Shown: positions 15,918 to 23,138 of the stretch, one piece after another
Numbering within the stretch: position 1 is the stretch's first letter
Layout: every line of letters starts with the position of its first letter
Assembly: GCF_001544275.1 (NCBI RefSeq)
Contig: NZ_BCQE01000007.1
Location: 69,980-93,979, forward strand
From: Enterococcus gallinarum NBRC 100675
Lineage (GTDB): Bacteria > Bacillota > Bacilli > Lactobacillales > Enterococcaceae
DNA length: 24,000 nucleotides
Direction of reading: 5' to 3'
The notes under the pieces: generated by a model
What the model was told of the DNA's origin: nothing
What the model saw: the letters and a program-made list of their open reading frames with translations, nothing else
Database searches by the model: none
Translations under genes and position numbers: made by a program

Positions 15918-17840
15918 TCATCCTTCTTTCATTAAACTTTGTATATAAGACTTAAAGTCTTGAAAATTCGTGATTTTGGCTAGTTGATTGTCTAGCGCTT
16001 GGTCTTCCATCATTTTGATCATCAATCGACTGATTTCTTTATGCAGATTTAAATGATCTTTCTTGATATTGATCAAGAAAATAACCTTGATTTCTTTTTT
16101 ACTGTACCAAATTGATTTTCTTAACAAAATGACATCGATGACTTCCCTTATCGCTGCCTGCTCCATAGGATGGGGTCCTGCGATACCATTTTGATAGATG
16201 GTATCGATCATTTTTTCTCTCTCAAGAACACTGTGCTTAAATCCCTGCTCGGCCCACCCATCTTCTAAACGAGACGCTTCACTTTCTAGCAATTGCAAAT
16301 AATCTTCTGATTCCGTATCAATTTGAAACCACTGAGGATCAAATAAACTGAGAATAAACTGGTGTACATCAAATACTTTATTTTCCGATTCCCGCAATAG
16401 GCTTAAATCTTTTTCGATTTTATTGATTTCTGCCCGATTTAAAATCGTTTTTGTGTAGATGATAGGGATAGCAAACTGTTCCTGATCCAGAGGAACAGTG
16501 GAAATCAGTAAGTCAAAACTTTTATCAATCTGATCAACTTCGTTCAAAGCAAATGTGGTGACTTCAGCATTGCTGAAAAACCGCTCTAAATTAACTTTCA
16601 ATAAATAAGAAGCACCGCCACCAGTAGAACAAATGACAGCTATTTTTTTATAATCATCGATTAACTGATTCGCCTGCTTCTCAAGACTAGCTGCGAAATA
16701 GATAGCAATGTAGCCTATCTCATCTTTGCTGATATCTGCGTCCAAGTCTTTGTTTAATTCACTGATGAACACCATCGCAACGTTGAATACATTGGCATAT
16801 TGCGTATAAATGTCATCAATGATCGGATTATCTAGTTGATGTCCGGTGTACAGTCTTTGAAGTAATGGAGCGACATGCATCAACAGGGCATTACCTAATT
16901 CTTGATCTGTTCTAAACTGTGTATGGTAACGTAAATCGACAAGCTCTAGTGTTTTTTCAATTGCTTGTTTCAATTGCTGATTACTGGTTCGATCATCAAG
17001 AACCGAAAATTTTCCTCTCAGTTGCTCATGCAAATAATTTTTTTCCATAGTAGAAAAAGTAATGGGATAAGCCGTTTCCAAATAGGAGACCAAATCTTCT
17101 GTTAAAAGGTCATACTTATCGATTGCTGTCCTTACGGTTCGTTCGTCATTCGTTAAAGTGTTATTCTGTGTGATTCGAAAAACAAGCAATCGAATATGCT
17201 GGATGATATTCTCAAAAACAATATCGCTCGCTTTAAGTTGATGCTGTTGCAACTTTTCTGACAAACAGGAACGTAGCTCCTCTTCATCAAAAACGAAGTG
17301 AAAAGCTTTATATCGTTCCGTCAGGACAGGTGTATGGATAATGTTGCGAATTAAATAAAGAATTGCTTGTCTTTTCTTCTCTTCAGTCCCGACAATCTTC
17401 AAACCATAATGTGCTTTGCTGAATAAAGTTAATCCGTAGTCCTTGCAAAACAATTCGACTTGTTTGATATCTGCTTTAACTGTTGAAAGACTTACCTCTA
17501 ACCATTCTGAAATCTGCTGCATCGTAATGTATTCTTCATGAAACAGCAGGAGAAGTTCGATATTCTTAATTCGTTCTTTCGGGTTCCCGTTATCGATCTT
17601 TTCTTGACGTTTTGCATGAGATAAAAACCTTAGAAACTTTGTTTTATCAGAAATTTCCAGCTGATAGCCTGCCGAACGAATCCGCTCTATTGAAAATCCT
17701 TCTGTTCGTCCGATATCTCTTAACCACTTGATATCATTAGCCAAGGTCCGCTCAGAAATCTGAAATTCAGCGGCCAATGCCTTGGGAGCAATTGCTTGCT
17801 TCTTTGCATATAAGTATTCAACAATTTTTTCTTGTCGCAT
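15918..17840 (-). CDS. PRD-domain transcriptional activator of the LicR/MtlR/ManR type (HTH, two PRDs, EIIB-Gat-like, EIIA-like)
   Basis: A 640-aa ORF. It has an N-terminal winged HTH (LAAEFQISERTLANDIKWL) and a second HTH/Mga-like region, then two PRD-like helical regions. An EIIB-like Cys loop follows (KKIAVICSTGGGASYLLK), then a C-terminal EIIA-like region. GGGAG SD before the ATG. Confidence 0.85.
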   Translation of the reverse strand: MRQEKIVEYLYAKKQAIAPKALAAEFQISERTLANDIKWLRDIGRTEGFSIERIRSAGYQLEISDKTKFLRFLSHAKRQEKIDNGNPKERIKNIELLLLFHEEYITMQQISEWLEVSLSTVKADIKQVELFCKDYGLTLFSKAHYGLKIVGTEEKKRQAILYLIRNIIHTPVLTERYKAFHFVFDEEELRSCLSEKLQQHQLKASDIVFENIIQHIRLLVFRITQNNTLTNDERTVRTAIDKYDLLTEDLVSYLETAYPITFSTMEKNYLHEQLRGKFSVLDDRTSNQQLKQAIEKTLELVDLRYHTQFRTDQELGNALLMHVAPLLQRLYTGHQLDNPIIDDIYTQYANVFNVAMVFISELNKDLDADISKDEIGYIAIYFAASLEKQANQLIDDYKKIAVICSTGGGASYLLKVNLERFFSNAEVTTFALNEVDQIDKSFDLLISTVPLDQEQFAIPIIYTKTILNRAEINKIEKDLSLLRESENKVFDVHQFILSLFDPQWFQIDTESEDYLQLLESEASRLEDGWAEQGFKHSVLEREKMIDTIYQNGIAGPHPMEQAAIREVIDVILLRKSIWYSKKEIKVIFLINIKKDHLNLHKEISRLMIKMMEDQALDNQLAKITNFQDFKSYIQSLMKEG

Positions 17841-18085
17841 AATTTTCTCCCGCCTTCACATAAACTATACAATGTAAGCCCTTTACTTAAAATGGCAACT
17901 TTTTCCGATAAATAATGCAAGAATAATCTGATTCAAAAGAATAACCACTTCCTTCTGCGAGCAAACGATTCGGCTTATATAACCGGGATCGATCGATATT
18001 TTTCTGAACACTGCTGATCCTGCATCATTTCAGCTGTTAGCCTCATTCAACTACTCCATTCGCGTCCTAAAAAAGATAACTAATA

Positions 18086-18130
18086 TACAAAAACAAGCCA
18101 AAAGCCTCGTTACAAAGCTGTTGGCTTGTT
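18086..18130 (-). terminator. Rho-independent terminator downstream of the LOG-family gene
   Basis: A 10-bp stem (aacaagccaa / ttggcttgtt) with a 19-nt loop. On the minus strand it is followed by TTTTTG. Confidence 0.6.
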
Positions 18131-18186
18131 CAATACAGAACCATTATTGATCGAATCGATTCTTCTATTTTTGATCAAGTATACTT

Positions 18187-18750
18187 CTATTTATATACCC
18201 TAATTGCAGGAGGCACAAAATCAGTGACAAAAGAATCGATTTCATCAAGGGAGGTTGCGAAAAGAATTTTGTCGAAGTCTTCTTGGGTCAAGAACCCTTC
18301 TGTTACCATTGCCTGATATTGTTGTTTCAATGGATCAAAAAAGCCATTGAAGTTAATCAATACACACGGATTCGCATGTTGCCCGATCCTGCCCCAAGAG
18401 ATGACTTCTGTAATTTCCTCAATGGTTCCCGGCCCTCCTGGCAATGCCACATATAAGTCAGCCAGTTCGATCATTTTTTGTTTTCTTTCATGCATATTCG
18501 AAACAACGATCAGTGACGTAAGATTCTCTTTTGCTAATTCTCGGGCCACCAAGAATTCTGGTATGATACCTGTTACTTCACAATTTTCTTCAATAGCGGT
18601 TTCGGCAATTATCCCCATCAATCCCGCATTACCGCCTCCATAGACAAGGTTATACTGATTTTCTCCTAGCCATTTACCTAATTCTTTAGTGATTTGCTTG
18701 TATTCTTCTGAACTTCCGATACTTGCTCCACAATAGACTGCGACATTCAT
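18187..18750 (-). CDS. LOG-family (TIGR00730) nucleotide 5'-monophosphate nucleosidase / lysine-decarboxylase-like protein
   Basis: Signature motifs are GGGNAGLMG and PGGPGTIEE. I prefer ATG 18750 (MNVAVYCGAS) to the track TTG at 18756, which sits only 3 nt from the GGGGA SD. Confidence 0.85.
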   Translation of the reverse strand: MNVAVYCGASIGSSEEYKQITKELGKWLGENQYNLVYGGGNAGLMGIIAETAIEENCEVTGIIPEFLVARELAKENLTSLIVVSNMHERKQKMIELADLYVALPGGPGTIEEITEVISWGRIGQHANPCVLINFNGFFDPLKQQYQAMVTEGFLTQEDFDKILFATSLDEIDSFVTDFVPPAIRVYK

Positions 18751-18820
18751 TCCCAAATGATCCCCTTTCGATCTGATTGCACTTCATGTTATTATAGTCG
18801 AGAAATAAGGAGGGCTCAAT

Positions 18821-19144
18821 ATGAAAATCAATGAATACAACTCATGGGTGATCGACTTTTATAAAAAACGGAACTGGTATCAATATGATTCTTTTATTCG
18901 TGTTGGATTTCTTACGGAAGAAGTAGGAGAACTATCCCGGGCCATCCGCGGCGTCGAAATTGGTAGAGATAGGCCCGATGAGTCTGCAAAAGATCAAGCA
19001 TACTATCGAGAAAATTTAATGGAAGAACTTGGTGATGTCTTTGACAACGTATTGATTCTCGCAGATAAATACGATATTGCTCTCGAAGACATTATGAGTC
19101 ATCATAAAGCAAAACTGGAAGAGCGATTTAAAGAGGAAGGATAG
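18821..19144 (+). CDS. Small MazG-like nucleotide pyrophosphohydrolase (all-alpha NTP-PPase)
   Basis: A 107-aa ORF with the EXXE...EXXD pattern (TEEVGELSRAI ... MEELGDVFDNVLILADKYDI). AAGGAGG SD 7 nt before the ATG. Confidence 0.8.
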   Translation: MKINEYNSWVIDFYKKRNWYQYDSFIRVGFLTEEVGELSRAIRGVEIGRDRPDESAKDQAYYRENLMEELGDVFDNVLILADKYDIALEDIMSHHKAKLEERFKEEG

Positions 19145-19302
19145 CCTAGCTGCTAACTATCAGTTGCTAACTATCACTTATAATTCTTTCTCCTACGCGT
19201 TATCTTACGTTAACCTAAGTTGTGCGCCCATTTGATCACCTGTCATTGTCAATGAGTTAGCTAGGAGAAAAATATTGTCAGATTTTCTAGTCTACTTGAA
19301 GC

Positions 19303-19472
19303 AAAAAAAAGGGACTGTGTCATAAGTCTCCTACAAGTAACACTAGCCGAACATTAATTATTATTGCTCCTGCGGTGCAGGGACTCCTCGTCGCAAAAGT
19401 CAGAGGAATCTATCCTAGCAACAGACTATTATTCGGTTTAACTTGTTGGATGATGACTTATGTCACAGTCCC
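19303..19472 (-). repeat. Element E1: ~160-nt long-hairpin element with a 3' T8 run immediately after the SIS gene; terminator-like and related to element E2
   Basis: The 18-nt terminal arms gggactgtgtcataagtc (19311-19328) and gacttatgtcacagtccc (19455-19472) are complementary with one central mismatch. Pairing extends imperfectly inward (ACAAGT/ACTTGT, CCG/CGG). The A8 at 19303-19310 gives T8 after the hairpin on the minus strand, 23 nt downstream of the SIS stop. Confidence 0.6.
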
Positions 19473-19495
19473 GTATTATAAATCATTATTACAGA

Positions 19496-20551
19496 TCAAC
19501 GATTGAATTTTTTGCTGCCTAATTTCATATGAAATTGCGGATCTTTTGGTGTGGAAGGATCGACACCTCGCAAATGAGGAATTTCTCCACAGATCAATTG
19601 CAATAAGACAATGAAATTGAAAGTCATAAACTCTGGATCGGTGGTCACAGGTAAGACCAGATCTGCTGCGTCTGACTCATAAGTCGTAATCAGAAAAATA
19701 GTATCCGACCATTCGGACAATACTTCTTTCATTTTCTCAGACCTTGGCTCATCGCCGTTGTCTAAAATAAAGACCATCGAATCTTCGTTGATCGCATTAT
19801 AAATGCCATGAATAAACTCTTCAAATTCATATCCACTTACCGGACAACGCATCGTCTCCAACAACTTCAGGGCACTTTCTAAAACATCTCCATAAATAGC
19901 TGCCGGACCAGTCACACGGATTTCTTTTGCAGTGACTAATCGTTCCTGATTTGCACAAATCCATTTTAATGAAGTCTCATAAACAGCTTGGAACTGTCCA
20001 GCAGCAGTTTTCACTCCTTGGATCTGTTGTTCAAATGTCTCTTCAGAAATCGTTCCTTGCTCAAGTCCCAGATAGAGAGCAAGTAATAATAGATTCAGCT
20101 TTGTACAATAAAAGCCCTTTGTTTTTGCTCCTGCTTTCTCAGGTCCACAATGGACAGTCAGAACAAAATCAGCCATTTCATCAATAAAGGCTTGTTCTTC
20201 TCCTGCCATGGAAGCAGTGATACAACCTTTGCTTTTCGCTAGTTTCATAGCGTTGTAGGTGGAAAAAGAGCTACCTCCTTGAGAGATTCCGACAACTAAT
20301 GTCTGTTCATTATCACTCAGGAAAGTCTCTTCAGTGATCGTGAAAGGATAGACCGCTCTTACTTCAAGTTGTAATAGTTTTTGCATTTGCGGAGCCATTT
20401 GCAACGCGGAATGATAGCTCGTTCCAGACCCTGTCAAAAAAATCCGATTGATTTTTTCTTTTTTGATACTTGAAAAAAGATGGTCTCCTTTTTCGATGAT
20501 TTCTAACAATTTACTTGGTGTCTCTTGTAAATACTCTTGAATTGATGCCAT
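19496..20551 (-). CDS. Double-SIS-domain sugar-phosphate isomerase/deglycase (AgaS / FrlB / GfrE-F-like)
   Basis: SIS phosphosugar-binding blocks are seen (FLTGSGTSYHSA, VVGISQGGSS, and a second SIS half). I place the start at ATG 20551 (MASIQEYLQETP), with GGAGGAG 5 nt upstream. The track start at 20581 lies inside the EIID gene. Confidence 0.85.
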   Translation of the reverse strand: MASIQEYLQETPSKLLEIIEKGDHLFSSIKKEKINRIFLTGSGTSYHSALQMAPQMQKLLQLEVRAVYPFTITEETFLSDNEQTLVVGISQGGSSFSTYNAMKLAKSKGCITASMAGEEQAFIDEMADFVLTVHCGPEKAGAKTKGFYCTKLNLLLLALYLGLEQGTISEETFEQQIQGVKTAAGQFQAVYETSLKWICANQERLVTAKEIRVTGPAAIYGDVLESALKLLETMRCPVSGYEFEEFIHGIYNAINEDSMVFILDNGDEPRSEKMKEVLSEWSDTIFLITTYESDAADLVLPVTTDPEFMTFNFIVLLQLICGEIPHLRGVDPSTPKDPQFHMKLGSKKFNR

Positions 20552-20567
20552 TTTTTCTCCTCCAATA

Positions 20568-21365
20568 TTATAGAATGCCAATCAAATGAACAGCGATCCC
20601 AAAAATAATAATGCCAATCGTAATCTTAGTAATGCTCGCTTTTTTTAGCAGCTTATAAATACCAAAGGTGAAGGCTAGCGGCAGCATCTTTGGTAATATC
20701 TGATCCAGTATATCTTGAACCACGATTTCTGCTCCGCTGATATTCCACTTTAAGGGAGTCGTGATATTCAGCATCGTCGCCACCATACCTCCAACAACAC
20801 ATAATCCAACGATCGTTGCTACTGCCATAATTTTATCCATCAAGCCCTCTTTTTGGATACGGTCCAACGAATTGACTCCCACTTGATAACCCAATTTCAA
20901 TCCAAGGATCCGAACCAATATATTTGGCAAATTATACAAAACTAAAAACAGCAATGGACCAAAAAGATTGCCATCTTTTGCGATCGATACGCCAATACCA
21001 GCAGCAATGATCCGAACAGTTCCCCAGAAGATCGAATCACCGATCCCAGCTAAAGGCCCCATCAGTGATGCTTTGACAGCGTTGATTGATTGGACATCAA
21101 AAGCCGGATTGTTAGCATTTTCTTCTTCCATCGCTGCACTGATCCCCATGATCGTTGGTACTACCGCTGGTGTCGTGTTGAAAATTTCCAAGTGGCGTGT
21201 GATTGCTGCTGCTTGATCCTCTTTATTTCTATAGAGCTTTTTGATGACTGGCAGCATGGCATACATGTAACCGACATTTTGCATCCGTTCGTAGTTAAAC
21301 GCACCTTGAAGAGCAAAGGACCGCCAAAATACACTTTTTAGCTGCTTCTTCTCAATCTTATTCAA
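20568..21365 (-). CDS. PTS EIID, mannose/fructose/sorbose family
   Basis: The N-terminal block is FWRSFALQGAFNYERMQNVGY, and the protein is a membrane protein. TTG start with GGAGAG 7 nt upstream; it overlaps the EIIC end by 8 nt. Confidence 0.9.
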   Translation of the reverse strand: MNKIEKKQLKSVFWRSFALQGAFNYERMQNVGYMYAMLPVIKKLYRNKEDQAAAITRHLEIFNTTPAVVPTIMGISAAMEEENANNPAFDVQSINAVKASLMGPLAGIGDSIFWGTVRIIAAGIGVSIAKDGNLFGPLLFLVLYNLPNILVRILGLKLGYQVGVNSLDRIQKEGLMDKIMAVATIVGLCVVGGMVATMLNITTPLKWNISGAEIVVQDILDQILPKMLPLAFTFGIYKLLKKASITKITIGIIIFGIAVHLIGIL

Positions 21366-22143
21366 AATCGATCTCTCCTTCCGTCAAGTTATCTGGGACA
21401 CTAGGGATAGACTCTTTCTTCTGTTCAATATAGAAGTGCAAGATCACTGCAATACAAGCCCCGATTAAAGCAATCGCAGTAATATTTAGTCCTCCGTAGG
21501 CAGCTGCTAAAAAGCCCAAGAAAAAGAAGGGCGCCATTTTCTTTGAAAAAAGCATGTCCAGCAACAAAGCAAATCCGATGGCAGGAAGCAGATTTCCAGC
21601 TACAGATAGCCCGTCTAATATGACATTTGGAACAGCTTCGATCATTCCTGTTACCTTATCCGCACCTAATAAAATAGCTAAGAAGGTTGGTAGAAATGTA
21701 CTTAAAAAGAACAAACCAACTGGAATCCACATACAAAAGGCTAATCCTTTGTAATTTGCTTCTTTCGCATAGCTATCTGCTTTGTGGGTAAAATAAGCAT
21801 TGATGATCCGAACCAATACGCCTAAAGATTGCGCTAAAACTGCGATCGGTACAGCTAATGCTAAAGCTACTTCAACACCGCTATTAGACAAAATCGCAAA
21901 TGCTGTTCCTAAAATCCCTCCTGTCACCACATCTGGCGGTGTAGAAGCCCCAATACCGGCAATCCCCATCCAGATCAATTCAAGTTGCGCCCCAATGATG
22001 ATTCCATTCTTTACATCGCCTAAAACCAACCCCACCAATAAACCGGTAACAAGCGGACGATCAAACATCATCTGACCAAATATTCTGCCATCCAAGATAC
22101 CGATTCCAGCAATTAACCCTAACATTATTGCTTGAGCAACCAT
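21358..22143 (-). CDS. PTS EIIC, mannose/fructose/sorbose family
   Basis: A 261-aa polytopic protein sitting between EIIB-Man and EIID. GAAGGAGGG SD before the ATG. Confidence 0.9.
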   Translation of the reverse strand: MVAQAIMLGLIAGIGILDGRIFGQMMFDRPLVTGLLVGLVLGDVKNGIIIGAQLELIWMGIAGIGASTPPDVVTGGILGTAFAILSNSGVEVALALAVPIAVLAQSLGVLVRIINAYFTHKADSYAKEANYKGLAFCMWIPVGLFFLSTFLPTFLAILLGADKVTGMIEAVPNVILDGLSVAGNLLPAIGFALLLDMLFSKKMAPFFFLGFLAAAYGGLNITAIALIGACIAVILHFYIEQKKESIPSVPDNLTEGEIDFE

Positions 22144-22161
22144 CGTGTAACCCTCCTTCTT

Positions 22162-22644
22162 CTAAATGTCAAAGTCCGTCAACAATTTCTTTTTATCTCT
22201 AGGCAGCATCCGAAATTCTACTTGGACACCGGCATCCTTAATCGTTTTTAAGTTTGCGATATCCTTTTCGTCAACTGCCACTAGATCTGTTAATTTCTTT
22301 TTCCCCTCGCCATAACGCAAGCCCCCAACATTCAATGTGGTAATTACCCCACCTGAAGCTTCGACCAATCGGCGAGCATCCTCGGTTGTCTTAACTAAAA
22401 CTAAGACATTACTCTTTTTTGATGATGCAAATTTTTGAACGATTTCTCCGGATTCCGCTACTCCTCGAATGTATAGAACAACATTGGAAGGTTTCGCCAA
22501 ATTTAAAGCCATAGATTTCATTTGATCATTTTTGGCATCGTCATTTACCACTAAAATCGTATTGATCCCTAAGGCCGTCGTCCAGCCAAAAGCTACTTGG
22601 CCGTGGATCAACCGATCATCAATCCTCACTAAAGATATCGTCAT
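22162..22644 (-). CDS. PTS EIIB, mannose/fructose/sorbose family
   Basis: The N-terminal VRIDDRLIHGQV block carries the phospho-histidine. AAGGAGG SD. Confidence 0.9.
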   Translation of the reverse strand: MTISLVRIDDRLIHGQVAFGWTTALGINTILVVNDDAKNDQMKSMALNLAKPSNVVLYIRGVAESGEIVQKFASSKKSNVLVLVKTTEDARRLVEASGGVITTLNVGGLRYGEGKKKLTDLVAVDEKDIANLKTIKDAGVQVEFRMLPRDKKKLLTDFDI

Positions 22645-23059
22645 TGTTTTGTCCTCCTTGCTGTTTGATTAGTTGATTAATGTGTAAAATTCCTTTCTTC
22701 CCTTCTTCTATTCCACTAAGTACCCAATCCTCAAGAGATAGCTCAACTGTTTCCTCTGAGAGTATGAGAGAAAGTAACATAGGTAAATTGACACCGGTGA
22801 TTAACTGGAATTCATATCCGTTTAATAAATGATTGGTAAATAGATTTGCCACACTTCCGCCAAATACATCTGTTAGGACGATCAACGTCTGATCTTGATT
22901 CTGCTCTAAGTAAGCAATCGTCTCTGCTTCCGCATCATCACTCGATTTTTCTTTGGTCATTGAAAAACAATCGATCTCGATATCTTCACCAGCAATCAAT
23001 TTCAAACTATCAATAATCCCTTTAGAAAATGTGCCGTGGGTTGCTACTAAATATTTCAT
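22619..23059 (-). CDS. PTS EIIA, mannose/fructose/sorbose family
   Basis: MKYLVATHGTFSKGI contains the His loop of EIIA-Man. GAGGAGG SD. Its 3' end overlaps the EIIB gene by 26 nt. Confidence 0.85.
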   Translation of the reverse strand: MKYLVATHGTFSKGIIDSLKLIAGEDIEIDCFSMTKEKSSDDAEAETIAYLEQNQDQTLIVLTDVFGGSVANLFTNHLLNGYEFQLITGVNLPMLLSLILSEETVELSLEDWVLSGIEEGKKGILHINQLIKQQGGQNNDDIFSED

Positions 23060-23090
23060 TTCTTTTCCTCCTCACTACACTTTTTTATAA

Positions 23091-23106
23091 TGCAAAAAGC
23101 GTGCCA
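23091..23106 (-). promoter_or_regulatory. Sigma-54 (-24/-12) promoter of the mannose-family PTS operon
   Basis: The minus strand reads TGGCAC-GCTTT-TTGCA, an exact match to the TGGCAC-N5-TTGCA consensus. It lies 32 nt upstream of the EIIA ATG and directly downstream of a LevR-type activator gene. Confidence 0.85.
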
Positions 23107-23138
23107 ACTAGTGACACGCTTCGAAAAGTCCTCATCTA

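Noticed and set aside
17975-18046. A 23-codon minus-strand mini-ORF (MRLTAEMMQDQQCSEKYRSIPVI) with GGAG 7 nt upstream, lying between the LOG terminator and the PRD-regulator promoter.
   Set aside because: It is too short, has no recognisable family and no conservation data, and could be chance. It is not reported as a feature.
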